IMG/VR virus record: IMGVR_UViG_3300037110_000087
Coordinates: 243,125-307,124 of that record
Length of the DNA stretch: 64,000 bases
Strand: one strand, 5' to 3'
Numbering within the stretch: position 1 is the stretch's first letter; every line of letters starts with the position of its first letter. Of the stretch, positions 1-10,049 are shown in pieces. Position numbers and translations under genes: made by a program. The notes beneath the pieces are model-generated. The model saw nothing but the letters and a program-made list of their open reading frames with translations, did not search any database and was not told the origin of the DNA.

Positions 1-399
1 AGTCACGCCAAGGTCGCGCTGAAAGAGAGTCACATTCGCCGCATCACCAAATCCAGCCCAAGTAACTCTTGGATGGGGGTTTAAGGTCATGAGAGTTATG
101 ATTTGAGAGTTACGATGTTTGATCACATGAATATGATCACTGGTGAGTGGATAGATTACGCATTCCGCGTATTCTTTGACCCCATGATTTCCTTCCTTGA
201 TCTTGATGATCAGATCATTAGGTCTGTTCATGGCGTACATTACCAACATGGGAGCTTCCATGCGCTGATCGGCCTGATCCTTGATCAGACAAATCTCAGC
301 ATTCGAATGCTTTGCCCACTGGGCAATGAATTTATCGACGAACTGATCCGCGAAACTATTCTCGCGATCCGGACCTATGACTGCAATTAGTTTACCCAT
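1..399 (-). CDS. hypothetical protein, truncated by window edge
   Basis: Not in ORF track. ATG at 399 with GGAG RBS, open to position 1 (MGKLIAVIGPDRENSF...); co-directional with neighbours. Confidence 0.6.
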   Translation of the reverse strand, partial: MGKLIAVIGPDRENSFADQFVDKFIAQWAKHSNAEICLIKDQADQRMEAPMLVMYAMNRPNDLIIKIKEGNHGVKEYAECVIYPLTSDHIHVIKHRNSQIITLMTLNPHPRVTWAGFGDAANVTLFQRDLGVT

Positions 400-415
400 G
401 ATATCTCCCTCTTCC

Positions 416-967
416 CTAACCCTGTTCTACTTTAACCATGACTTTCGCTCTGGCTTTATCAATAATCTGTTGGAACTTATCATAGAGATGTGCCCTTGGA
501 CTCATTGGTAATCTGACCAATATCAATCCAGCTTCTTCCACTGTTTTGTTACCCTTCTTTTGATTGTGGATCCGGCAGCATGCCACCAGATTCTTCCAAG
601 TGGAGCTTCCTCCACGACTACTTGGGATCAGATGGTCCAGGGTATTCCCGGTTCGGGTACATTGTAATCCAGTGGTTTCATCAATATACTGACATTTATA
701 ATCATCTCTTCTCAAGATACTGCGTGATCCATCACCAAGAAGTTTAACTTCAGGGACCGCAGCGACCTGATGGTAGACAATAATCTCAAATGGTTTGAGA
801 ATGTCTTCTAGTTTGTTTGAGGTAGAAAAGTCATAGGGATTTAAGATAACCGCTCTACCATTGATTATTGCCTTAACACAATGATACCGGCCCAATTCAC
901 AGATAGGAAGGTAGTTTCGATCTAGAGCTATGATTGGGGATCGTTTATGAAATTTTCCCTTGTGCAT
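416..967 (-). CDS. HNH endonuclease
   Basis: CQY...TLDHLIPSSRGG.STWKNLVACCRIHNQKKG motif. Confidence 0.9.
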   Translation of the reverse strand: MHKGKFHKRSPIIALDRNYLPICELGRYHCVKAIINGRAVILNPYDFSTSNKLEDILKPFEIIVYHQVAAVPEVKLLGDGSRSILRRDDYKCQYIDETTGLQCTRTGNTLDHLIPSSRGGSSTWKNLVACCRIHNQKKGNKTVEEAGLILVRLPMSPRAHLYDKFQQIIDKARAKVMVKVEQG

Positions 968-1020
968 TTTAGCTTCTTAAAATATGCTACACTAGAATAA
1001 CCATTATTGATTGTATACGC

Positions 1021-1050
1021 AAAGGCCCCAGCAGGGAAGCCAGGGCCTTT
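1021..1050. terminator. intrinsic terminator-like hairpin
   Basis: AAAGGCCC-N14-GGGCCTTT just downstream of the 1068..1682 gene. Confidence 0.6.
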
Positions 1051-1067
1051 ACGATGGGCGAACCGGA

Positions 1068-1682
1068 CTAAAAGTCTGAACAGTTGGCCTGAACACCCTC
1101 ATAGAACTTCTGGAAGTCCTTGAAGGTCACTTCGATCGTACCAGACTCAATGCGACCATAACGACGATGGTCGATCCCCATGTAGGGGGCCACATCAGAG
1201 GCGCGAAGGCTTCTCTGAAGACGGATCACCGTCATCAGTTCATGGAGAGGACGATTGGCGTTTTCGAGGGCCTCCACCATCTTATTGGCACGTTCGGGGG
1301 TAGTGGAGGAGATCCCATTGACGACACGACTGATGACATCGCGCTTGTTGCCCAGGAGCAAACTGGCGACACGGACGTCAGCATTGGGATTCTGCTTGAC
1401 AGCAGTACGGACGAGATCGACTGGATTTCTGTTGGTTCTGGCCATTTCAGGCTCCTTAGATGCGGCTTCTTCAGCACATTGATTGTAAAGATGTTCGAGC
1501 ATCGTTTCGAATTCCTCTTCCTTATGCTCCATGATCGAAGCGTCAGCGGAATTTAGAAGATCGAGACATTCTTGTGTAGTCAGGCCAAAAACGGCAGTCT
1601 GACCAATATTGAGGGAACGAGCAATTCGTTCGGCTTCAGCCAGATCGACTGGAACCACGAGGCAAATAACACATGAATCCAT
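1068..1682 (-). CDS. XRE-family HTH protein
   Basis: C-terminal IRLQRSLRASDVAPYMGIDHRRYGRIESG HTH_3-like pattern. Confidence 0.7.
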   Translation of the reverse strand: MDSCVICLVVPVDLAEAERIARSLNIGQTAVFGLTTQECLDLLNSADASIMEHKEEEFETMLEHLYNQCAEEAASKEPEMARTNRNPVDLVRTAVKQNPNADVRVASLLLGNKRDVISRVVNGISSTTPERANKMVEALENANRPLHELMTVIRLQRSLRASDVAPYMGIDHRRYGRIESGTIEVTFKDFQKFYEGVQANCSDF

Positions 1683-1700
1683 ACAACCTCCTAGAAATTT

Positions 1701-2420
1701 CTAACCAGGGATAATTTCAAGGAACTTATCAAACAACATTGGGATCTTCGACTGGAGCTGTTTAAAGTATTCGTTACTAACGACTCTCATATCAGGATGA
1801 GCAGTCTTAGGTAATCTAAGTCCAAAGAAATTTCTCAGACTGCGAATATTCATCGTTACCACGAATTCCGTCTTCAGCCCATTGGGAAGAATATCTCTGG
1901 CTTCTTGAGGAGTAAGGCCGTATTCACCTTCTTTATCCACCCAATCGCAGTAGGTCTGTAGACAACCCCACTGCTGCATATACCATTCGCGCTTGAATTT
2001 GTCAGATTTATCATTGATCCAAGCCGGGTAAACAATGGACCCAGCCTTCTTCAGATAGTTCACATAACGAGTGCTTTCCTGAGTATAAGCTGCGATCCGA
2101 TGGCGAACCCATTCGTGACTGACCCCACGATTTGTGGTAACTAGTGCAGTAATACTGACATGTTCAAGAGTGGATTCATGTCCATTTGACAAGATAATAT
2201 TAAGGATCTTCTCATAAGAAGTATCATTAATATTATCTTCGCTCTTATAGGCAACCCGGATGATACGTTCCAGTTTCTTTAGGATTTTGATCCCGTCGAT
2301 TCGTTCACCCAAGAATTTGGTATCTACCTTGGGCAACACAATATCCGCATCACCATCAAAAACTCCGGAACGCTTGTCTCTCCGTAAACTTTCCTTCAAG
2401 TCATTCAAGTCAACTAGCAT
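1701..2420 (-). CDS. thyX: FAD-dependent thymidylate synthase
   Basis: GHESTLEH, RGVSHEWVRHR, QESTRYV, EARDILP, NIRSLRNF motifs. Confidence 0.95.
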   Translation of the reverse strand: MLVDLNDLKESLRRDKRSGVFDGDADIVLPKVDTKFLGERIDGIKILKKLERIIRVAYKSEDNINDTSYEKILNIILSNGHESTLEHVSITALVTTNRGVSHEWVRHRIAAYTQESTRYVNYLKKAGSIVYPAWINDKSDKFKREWYMQQWGCLQTYCDWVDKEGEYGLTPQEARDILPNGLKTEFVVTMNIRSLRNFFGLRLPKTAHPDMRVVSNEYFKQLQSKIPMLFDKFLEIIPG

Positions 2421-2438
2421 TTGTCTCCTAACTAGAAA

Positions 2439-2834
2439 TTAATAGAGTCCTTGAGTAATGGTATCGGGAGTCTTGGTGATTTGTGCCTTACCAGTGACAA
2501 TACCATCTGTGGTATCAGCCAGCGCATATACTTCAACAGGTGCTTCTTCAAAGAAAAGAATCATCCCCGCCTTAAACTGCCCATCGGAATTTTCATAGTT
2601 ACCAACTACCTTGAGGGTCCTGAGAGTAAGACCCTCCTTGTTCTTGATTGAGAAGGTCACATCATTAACTCGTTCTGGATAACAAGCTGTCTCGTCACCA
2701 TATTCAACCACCATGGAAAGATATCTATCAACCAACCTTGCAGAGCAACCAAGTTTAAGCATAATTACCTCTATTCTATTGTACCAGCTCCTATAAGACG
2801 AGGGACCACCCTGGACAGTGATCCCTCTTCCCAA
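2439..2834 (-). CDS. hypothetical protein
   Basis: ORF in operon-like minus-strand run. Confidence 0.65.
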   Translation of the reverse strand: MGRGITVQGGPSSYRSWYNRIEVIMLKLGCSARLVDRYLSMVVEYGDETACYPERVNDVTFSIKNKEGLTLRTLKVVGNYENSDGQFKAGMILFFEEAPVEVYALADTTDGIVTGKAQITKTPDTITQGLY

Positions 2835-2848
2835 TCAGTTCAAGTCAG

Positions 2849-4894
2849 TTATTCACTCTCGTTGATCGCGGCGAACAAGGCTCCCTTAGCGATGGTATTA
2901 AGGGGATCATCAGCCATGACAATCTTGTTGCCGGTCAAGAAGGAAATCTCCCTGGTAGCAGCGATCTTCTGAAATAGTTCCTTGAATCCCTTGGGAATCG
3001 CAGTACCACCAGCGATAGCGATCACAGGGGTATCAATCTCAGGCTTCTCTTCCATCCCATTCCAGGCAGCCGCGATCTGATCAAGCACGTAACCAATGAG
3101 ATGCGTGTAATAGTGGACAACCGCTTCCTGAACGTTGTCCTTGGGGTTCAGGAGATCCGTAGTTTCCTTAGCGCTCATAGCTTTGAGGACGCTCACATTT
3201 ACGGCTCTGGCAACATTTTCATCAATGTAGTCACCGGAGGCCGCGATACTGAAGGATAGCTTTGGCATTTCTTTGCCGAAGACCGCACCACTGACATTCA
3301 TCATACCCGCACCGCAGTTATGGACGCAGACACCAGGAAGAGAAAACGAAGGGTCATTCTCAACTGATAAATCATATACCCATCCGGTGTATTCTTCTTG
3401 CTTTACAGACTTGATCTTATTAAGTCTGTAACCACCAATTCTCTTATGTAGCTCTGAACCAATCGGACTGTCCAGAAGTGACTGAAGCATCCGTTTATTC
3501 GATCCGGTTACAACTACCTCATATACGGTCTTTTTTCCAGAGATCTGTCTTCCCCTGATTAATCCATCATTCCTCGGTTTTCTAGATTTAAATCTAGAAC
3601 TAATTCCCAGGATTCCCAAGGCTTGATGTAAGAAGACCGACAGATCAGAACTAGTGTTGGAAAACGAAATGGTTTCTTGCCCAAAACATCCATCGCTGTT
3701 CAACAGACCATTAACAATCCCAGTAAGAACAGGCAGACTGAGACTTTCGACCTTAAATGGAACCACTTTATTGCCACTATGATAGCAGTGGTTCAAAAGC
3801 CAGCGTGAAAGACCCGCGTAACCCATAGTCAGTCGGATATTATTCCTGTTTCCTCTACTGATCTGAGAAATTTCTCTATCGAAAACAGAACAAGACATCT
3901 TGTAATCTTCCACAAGATCTTGTTCATTTGGACCAAGATCAAGAATTACTGAAGTTTCCCTGGTATCGATATGCCCATCACCAAGGAAATATCCAAGAAA
4001 TTTGCCCAGATTGTAAGACATTTCGAATGTCTTATTGAACTGCTTCCCATTACCAATTCTATCTTTAAAACTGATGAAATTCCTTTTCTGATTGTGATTG
4101 ATTACTGGTTCGCCCACGACATCATCTTTTTTCAGGGAATCCACTCTTTTCCATTTCCAGGACCCACCTTCCAGGACATCTACAAGATGATCTCCAGTCA
4201 GACAAAGTTCTCTACCAGCAATCTTTAGTTTGTAGATTAACTCAGACCGTCCGGTTCTTGTGGTCTTATACACCTGATTCCAAGAACCATTTTTGCTAAG
4301 AACCAAGTCCCCTTCCTCAATGTCCTCAATGTCCTTAACGCCCCCATTGCAGAAGACTTCCTGACCAGGAAGAAGGCAGCTGATGCCAATGCCGGTTAGG
4401 TTCTCATCCAGTAGTTCACTATAGATGACGCAAAGACCCTCACGGAGCGCTACCGGTCTGTAACCAAGCTCAGTAAGCATTTTCTTGAAGACCGCTTCAT
4501 GATAGACCGCATTGAATTCCGCATCCACCGGGTTAGCAGGGACACTGAAATAAAGCAGTTCATTCGGTTCCGCAGGATCACCCAGGACCTGTTTGATGAT
4601 AGCTAGCATGATAGGGGTAGCATTCGGGTCATGAGGATTCAATACGCCCTTAGCCATGGGCCGCTTTGGAGACTGATTAAACGCCTTGGCCAACTGCATG
4701 GCCTCTTCACCCAGGGCGTAAATCTTTCCGTTCATCTGAACGTAAGGAACACCAGCCTTCTTGAGCATACTTAGCACGAGTGGATTTCTATCCAATTCCA
4801 CATACATATTACGAACACGGTTGAAGATGTATTCGTCGTCTTTCATGATTGCCCCGACGACACCGCCGGTACCAATGTCAAGACCCTTTGCCAT
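2849..4894 (-). CDS. actin-fold ATPase (MreB/FtsA/ParM-like) containing an intein
   Basis: N-terminal GLDIGTG (phosphate 1), FSVPA, GIGIS|CGAGMMNV after splicing (phosphate 2), IAGGTAIPKGF (adenosine), DPLNTIAKGAL; 327 aa after intein removal. Confidence 0.85.
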   Translation of the reverse strand: MAKGLDIGTGGVVGAIMKDDEYIFNRVRNMYVELDRNPLVLSMLKKAGVPYVQMNGKIYALGEEAMQLAKAFNQSPKRPMAKGVLNPHDPNATPIMLAIIKQVLGDPAEPNELLYFSVPANPVDAEFNAVYHEAVFKKMLTELGYRPVALREGLCVIYSELLDENLTGIGISCLLPGQEVFCNGGVKDIEDIEEGDLVLSKNGSWNQVYKTTRTGRSELIYKLKIAGRELCLTGDHLVDVLEGGSWKWKRVDSLKKDDVVGEPVINHNQKRNFISFKDRIGNGKQFNKTFEMSYNLGKFLGYFLGDGHIDTRETSVILDLGPNEQDLVEDYKMSCSVFDREISQISRGNRNNIRLTMGYAGLSRWLLNHCYHSGNKVVPFKVESLSLPVLTGIVNGLLNSDGCFGQETISFSNTSSDLSVFLHQALGILGISSRFKSRKPRNDGLIRGRQISGKKTVYEVVVTGSNKRMLQSLLDSPIGSELHKRIGGYRLNKIKSVKQEEYTGWVYDLSVENDPSFSLPGVCVHNCGAGMMNVSGAVFGKEMPKLSFSIAASGDYIDENVARAVNVSVLKAMSAKETTDLLNPKDNVQEAVVHYYTHLIGYVLDQIAAAWNGMEEKPEIDTPVIAIAGGTAIPKGFKELFQKIAATREISFLTGNKIVMADDPLNTIAKGALFAAINESE
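3317..4378 (-). mobile_element. intein (354 aa) with LAGLIDADG homing endonuclease
   Basis: Starts CLLPGQEV (Cys1); block B LTGDH; LGYFLGDG and GLLNSDG LAGLIDADG motifs; VYDLSVENDPSF...VHN end followed by Cys+1. Confidence 0.93.
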
Positions 4895-4913
4895 TTAATT
4901 CTCCTCGAAAAAA

Positions 4914-5222
4914 TTAGAACTCGATTTCATGTCCACCGCAAACGCCACAGATAGAATCATCCCGGCCCATTTCGAACCCATCTCCAGCGAAAGATCTCAG
5001 GGGAAGCCTGACCTCAAGGGTTCGCCCAGAAGTAATTTCGCCCAGCACTCCATCACCGAAGGTATCAGCGATTTCCTGGCATTTATCAGGATATTTCTTA
5101 AGCAAAGACATCCATGACAGCATGCTCATGGTTACAAATTCGACTCTGTAACCACCTCTATCGTAGGCATCCGCCTTAGCGATGATTTCATTGGGGCCAT
5201 ATTTTACTTCAAACTGATCCAT
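4914..5222 (-). CDS. hypothetical protein
   Basis: ORF directly upstream of actin-like gene. Confidence 0.65.
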   Translation of the reverse strand: MDQFEVKYGPNEIIAKADAYDRGGYRVEFVTMSMLSWMSLLKKYPDKCQEIADTFGDGVLGEITSGRTLEVRLPLRSFAGDGFEMGRDDSICGVCGGHEIEF

Positions 5223-5679
5223 TTGGTTCTCCTTTGGATTTTTTAAACTTAGCTTTGAGATCTGCTGCGGACATTCCCTTCTGTTTCGAACTGTCTACTT
5301 TAATATCACTCTCACTAACAGGTTCGAAACTCGGAACAAATACATCACCCGATGGTCCAGAAGGTTTAACCTCTGGTGTGGCTCCCACTACTACCACCTG
5401 CTGTGGCGGAGTGGCCTTAAGTGCACGAATCTCCTCCATCATTTTGGTCTGCATGATCAGCAGTTGTTCCATCATATTATTATCAGCTGGGATCTCAGGA
5501 GCATCTGGAATAAAATCAAACCTATAGATATTATTTAGTTCCTGCCAACCTTTGGGCAAAGAATTAACCGCAACGACAACAGAGTCACCAGGATTAAGAT
5601 AACTGCTAGCGAACCAGCAAGCTATCCCGCCTCCCTTTTGCACCTGATGGCTTATATTGGTTACTCTTACTTGTGTCAT
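5209..5679 (-). CDS. hypothetical protein with low-complexity C-terminus
   Basis: ORF in run; Pro/Val-rich linker and basic tail. Confidence 0.7.
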   Translation of the reverse strand: MTQVRVTNISHQVQKGGGIACWFASSYLNPGDSVVVAVNSLPKGWQELNNIYRFDFIPDAPEIPADNNMMEQLLIMQTKMMEEIRALKATPPQQVVVVGATPEVKPSGPSGDVFVPSFEPVSESDIKVDSSKQKGMSAADLKAKFKKSKGEPNGSV

Positions 5680-5686
5680 TAAACTC

Positions 5687-5956
5687 TCAAAGTTTCCAGT
5701 TATCCCACACCGGGATAACCTCTTCTGCGATAAACGCAGTTTTTATTTTAAACTGGTCTTCAAGAATTTTTTGAATCTGAGTAAAAACAAGGGTATCCTG
5801 GGCCTCTGATTTCGAGAAGTCAATTATTATCAGGTCTTCACAAATGACACAGAGGTCTTTTTTGAAATCAATTCGTATCGGCCATGTTGCTAGACCCAGA
5901 TTCAAGATCTCGTCCCGGTTGGAGTTCCTCTTGATTTTCTTGAACGCATTGATCAT
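5687..5956 (-). CDS. hypothetical protein
   Basis: ORF in run. Confidence 0.55.
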   Translation of the reverse strand: MINAFKKIKRNSNRDEILNLGLATWPIRIDFKKDLCVICEDLIIIDFSKSEAQDTLVFTQIQKILEDQFKIKTAFIAEEVIPVWDNWKL

Positions 5957-6161
5957 CGGGGGTCTCCAATGTAACTACTACCTGAGTTAATTCATTAATT
6001 ATTGATGAAATTGCTTGAACCTGTTCTTGATCAGTTCTTGAATCTCGCTCAATCCAAATTTTAGAAAATTGTCTAAAGTTTTCAACCCCTCGTTCATCCA
6101 GTAGACAGGAGGCTCTAGCTGATTTTAATTCATTTTGAAAGGTAAAAACCAAACAATTCAT
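5868..6161 (-). CDS. hypothetical protein
   Basis: ORF in run; 89-nt overlap with the next gene lowers confidence. Confidence 0.45.
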   Translation of the reverse strand: MNCLVFTFQNELKSARASCLLDERGVENFRQFSKIWIERDSRTDQEQVQAISSIINELTQVVVTLETPDDQCVQENQEELQPGRDLESGSSNMADTN

Positions 6162-6176
6162 TAATCGAGTTCCCTA

Positions 6177-6428
6177 TTAATATTTATATGAGGCATAAGG
6201 GCCTGAAGTACAGAAATAGATACAAGTCTTCCCATCAGTCAGGAAGACCCGCGTCACATCCTCTTCTATCTCAATCTTAAAGACTTCCCAGGTCGAATCA
6301 TCAAGAGGGACCAAAGTAAACATTGAGCGTCTATCACGGACAAGCCAAGCATCACCCCTCTCAGTCCTGAGAGCGCTGCCACCCATGTGCCAGCCATTTA
6401 GTGTGATCTTGGTTCCAACTTGAATCAC
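6177..6428 (-). CDS. hypothetical protein
   Basis: ORF in run, coupled to neighbour. Confidence 0.6.
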   Translation of the reverse strand: MIQVGTKITLNGWHMGGSALRTERGDAWLVRDRRSMFTLVPLDDSTWEVFKIEIEEDVTRVFLTDGKTCIYFCTSGPYASYKY

Positions 6429-6637
6429 CCTCGCTCCAAGTAGAAATCCTCCTTGGTACGTGGGGTACCATCTGGATAGGTGTCACCCAGGCTCTTACAT
6501 CCAGCCGTTTCATTGGTAACCCAGTAACCACCAGAAGGGCGCTTCACCGCCAAAAATTCCTGAATGGTGTGTGCCGAGTTGAGTGTAAGCCCTGGGCAAA
6601 GCACCTGGAATAATATGGCTTTCGGGGTTTCCATCAT
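6425..6637 (-). CDS. hypothetical protein
   Basis: 4-nt overlap coupling, GGAG RBS. Confidence 0.55.
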   Translation of the reverse strand: MMETPKAILFQVLCPGLTLNSAHTIQEFLAVKRPSGGYWVTNETAGCKSLGDTYPDGTPRTKEDFYLERG

Positions 6638-6651
6638 ATCTCCTTGCCAGA

Positions 6652-6906
6652 TTAGCTTACCATCCGAAGATTCTGGTTGTCAATTACCCAGTCAGTCCAG
6701 GCTTTATCCCAACCCTTGGAATCCATCCTTAGACGGTATTCTTTCAATTCAGCCACTTGATTGATGTGGATCTGGACATTTTCTTTGTGCAGCTTCCATA
6801 ATTCGAACTTCAGCCGCTCTCTCTGCGTGTCTTCACTTACTTTTCTGGAATCTATTTCGAGCCGTTCGAGGACTGCATGAAATAGATTGACGAAACAGGT
6901 GCCCAT
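6652..6906 (-). CDS. hypothetical protein
   Basis: ORF in run. Confidence 0.6.
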   Translation of the reverse strand: MGTCFVNLFHAVLERLEIDSRKVSEDTQRERLKFELWKLHKENVQIHINQVAELKEYRLRMDSKGWDKAWTDWVIDNQNLRMVS

Positions 6907-6915
6907 GATTCGCTC

Positions 6916-8421
6916 CTATCGTGTGATATACCTTGGCAAAAAGCTGACTAAATTAGTGAAGAAATTGTCCGGAATTCTTGGATTAGTTACTTCTGGCCGA
7001 ACACCATATTCCTCGATATTATGTCCGGTAAAAATCCTCGCCTTGGACGTAGGGAGTACGCTTCGTAGAGCATGCAGAAGGTCATCCCCTGTTACCCCAA
7101 AGAATTTTTGTGCAGCCAAACTCCGATCCTTCCAGGTCTTGGCAAATTCTTCAAACTCAGGGTTGTCCACTCGATACATGACCGTGTTCACCAGTTCCAT
7201 TTCGAGCGGAGATAGGACCGCTTCCAGGCTGACAAACAAGGCGGATTCCTGAAGTCGTTCATCGTTCACTTCCAGATTCATCGATTTGGAAGGATCAATA
7301 TCCGGGTTGTCCAGCATGGGCAGTTCAGTGACTTCATGGGAAGTGACTTCCCCCTTACCTCTGCTCTTTCCATTGCCGCAATTCATGCAGAAGACGACAC
7401 CTTCATCATCTTCGCGAGAAATTTCCTGACCTGCCTCATTATACCTGATAGTGACGGTCGGTCTGCGCCTTCCAAAACCAGTTCCGTCACAGGCAGGACA
7501 GATGACCGACCTCGATTCCTGCCGCTTGTGACCATTTTCATATTCAACAGCCACGTGATGCATCTGGCTTTTCATGTTGTTCTGCGCCAGCTTCATAGAT
7601 TCGATAGGATCTTCACGATGACTGGTCTTGAGGATGGCTACCCAGGCTTTCTCAGACAGGACATGGGTCAGGACTTCAGTATCCTCGTAGACGTCCCTCA
7701 GACATTTGAAGATCGGTTTCATCACGATCCGCTTGGCGTATTTGAAAATCATGGGATATAATTCCCTGTACCGCTCCATTTCGTCAATCACGATACCGTC
7801 GCGCCAGCTTTCTTCGCATTCAGCTGGGCCAAACTGAGGGACCACCCGCTGCAAATACCACTCGTGCAGCTGTTTCAATTCAGCCCGGTCCACTTCAAAT
7901 TTCTGCGCTGCGAAGGTATAGGAGTTCTCCCACTCTTTGGGAGTGAGGGTCTTTTCTCTCCATACTTCCGACAAGACACGATTGGTGGAGTCATCCTCTT
8001 CATCAGGGATGATATCCACGGTAGTATCCACGGTGACTCGATTAACGATCCGATTCTGATAAATCACATTGAAGAGAGCGCGACTCATCCGAGTCCAGGA
8101 TACATCGAATTTGCAAGCATCCTTAAAAAGTCGATATTCGTCATACCACACATCTGCAGCGATCTTACCAGATTCCAAGATATTCTGGTTATCTCCTTTG
8201 ACCTTCTCGCAGTCCTGGTGCGTGACCTTCCCACTGCCATGCCGCAGGAGGCTATGGGAGATGGCCCGATCAAGGAGAACGACGAAAATGCGGTTGTTCT
8301 TCAACAGCACTTCTGATTCATTCATGAATTTCTTGATGCCGCTCAGAATGGTGTAGCCTCTTCCAGGCTTCGAAGGAACAAAGCGCTGAGGAACGTCAAG
8401 GTTGAAGAGTTGATTTCTCAT
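6916..8421 (-). CDS. large hypothetical protein with DnaJ-type zinc finger
   Basis: CPACDGTG and CMNCGNG CxxCxGxG-like pair. Confidence 0.75.
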   Translation of the reverse strand: MRNQLFNLDVPQRFVPSKPGRGYTILSGIKKFMNESEVLLKNNRIFVVLLDRAISHSLLRHGSGKVTHQDCEKVKGDNQNILESGKIAADVWYDEYRLFKDACKFDVSWTRMSRALFNVIYQNRIVNRVTVDTTVDIIPDEEDDSTNRVLSEVWREKTLTPKEWENSYTFAAQKFEVDRAELKQLHEWYLQRVVPQFGPAECEESWRDGIVIDEMERYRELYPMIFKYAKRIVMKPIFKCLRDVYEDTEVLTHVLSEKAWVAILKTSHREDPIESMKLAQNNMKSQMHHVAVEYENGHKRQESRSVICPACDGTGFGRRRPTVTIRYNEAGQEISREDDEGVVFCMNCGNGKSRGKGEVTSHEVTELPMLDNPDIDPSKSMNLEVNDERLQESALFVSLEAVLSPLEMELVNTVMYRVDNPEFEEFAKTWKDRSLAAQKFFGVTGDDLLHALRSVLPTSKARIFTGHNIEEYGVRPEVTNPRIPDNFFTNLVSFLPRYITR

Positions 8422-8430
8422 GATCCCTCG

Positions 8431-9036
8431 TTAAGTTTTGGATTGTGGTCCAAATAGTTCGTACAGGCTTTTCTTGATCTGCTTGTCGACAATCCTCAAA
8501 CCCTCCAATTTGACTCGCCAAGCTGTCAAAATCTCGTGGCAGTAATCTTCGGTATCAGAACCTTGAGTCTTGGCAATCGTTCGCCAGTCAATATCCTCGC
8601 GTAACTCTACCTCAACGAACCGTCCCAATGTATTTCCAAACTTGTCTAACACAGTGTACCATGCAAGAACCACAGACGCAAGATAGTAGATGTGACTGAT
8701 CTTACTGATATTCATCACTTCTACGAAATTAAGCATCTCAAACATTTCTTTGACTTCTGTCGGAGAGGGATTTTTCAGTCTGATATTTATTTCTTTGCGG
8801 ACCTCATTACCATGAATCTTCTTCTTAGTAGTCAATTCACCAAAATGACTACTAAATCGATGACGGATGGTATCTCCATCAGCATTACGGTAATAAATAT
8901 CTACACCAGATCCCATCTGGTAAGATCCCTTACCAGAAGCGCCTAATTCATCAAAACGACGCAGTGACATTTCAATGTCAGAGCTAACAGTGAATTTAAC
9001 CTCCCTCTCCCGAAGCTCCACGCTGTTTAGATCCAT
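8431..9036 (-). CDS. CYTH (triphosphate tunnel) domain protein
   Basis: EREVKF, DIYY, IRHR, ELTTK, RKEINI, KISHIY, FVEVE motif series. Confidence 0.8.
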   Translation of the reverse strand: MDLNSVELREREVKFTVSSDIEMSLRRFDELGASGKGSYQMGSGVDIYYRNADGDTIRHRFSSHFGELTTKKKIHGNEVRKEINIRLKNPSPTEVKEMFEMLNFVEVMNISKISHIYYLASVVLAWYTVLDKFGNTLGRFVEVELREDIDWRTIAKTQGSDTEDYCHEILTAWRVKLEGLRIVDKQIKKSLYELFGPQSKT

Positions 9037-10013
9037 TTCTGCTCCAATGCTCTCATAGCCTTCATCTTCTTCCTTTCCAGAAAAACTTCAGAGGGCAGAT
9101 AAACCCATCTTAAGATTGAATCAACTCTCTGAGTTGCGATGTAGTAGAAATCTTTGTCCTTCTTCTTATGAATTATTGGATGAAGGGGCAGCAGTTCAAC
9201 AATTTGTTCAATAAATCCAAGAGATGCTGATCCGAAACTAAACGTCCATCTGCCTTTACTCTCCGAGATACACCCATCCCCCTCAATGCAACCCCGGATG
9301 AAATCTCTCTGATATTGTTCTGGTATTTTATCCAGAACTATTTTCAAGCCAGAGGTCTTCCGGGGTACAATCCCATAAGATCGCAGGCTATCATTTAGAT
9401 GATCGGAATAGACGCACCAGCTAGTGGTTTTGAGACGCTCGTTTGATCTACAGGTCCCACCAATGAAGCTATGAAACGATTCAGTGATCTCTTTGTCCTT
9501 AATATTCAGGGAAAGCGTAACCCCACGTTGACCCCTTCGAGTTCCTTTGTCTCTGACACATCCGTCTGTGGCCATCCATCCCAAGGCCCATGCTTTTTCA
9601 GCGCAGTCGATTATATCAAACCAATACTCGTTAACTGGATTTTTCTCTTTTGCCAACTCACTTATAGATTTAATAGGCATCTTTAGTTCATTCAGCCTGT
9701 TTGTGATTGCAATCTGGCTGATACCAATGGTATTGGATATACCCTTTATGCTCTGACCTTTACTATAGAGATCAGAGATCAGATTACTTTGACGACTAAT
9801 TTCCTCAATTCTTTGCTCTGACCTTGACTGGACACCCGCCTTCTTTACGTGGCCCGCTACTGTCTGGCTAGACACACCAAATTCCCGTCCCAGGATGCTC
9901 GGTGATTCCCCATTCACATATCTTTCGACGATTTGGTTAATCTGATCTTTTGATAGCACAATCACACTCCCTGAATTCAGTTTATCACCGAGTCCAAGGA
10001 GTGTGTTTTGCAT
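9027..10013 (-). mobile_element. free-standing LAGLIDADG homing endonuclease with N-terminal HTH repeats
   Basis: AWALGWMATDGC and FIRGCIEGDGCI motifs; IDCAEKA lead-in. Confidence 0.88.
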
Positions 10014-10049
10014 CGTTTAATGCCTCGAATATACAATAACCATCAATGA

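Noticed and set aside
103-390. Plus-strand 95-aa ORF
   Set aside because: Antisense shadow of an RBS-bearing minus-strand gene (1..399) in a minus-strand block
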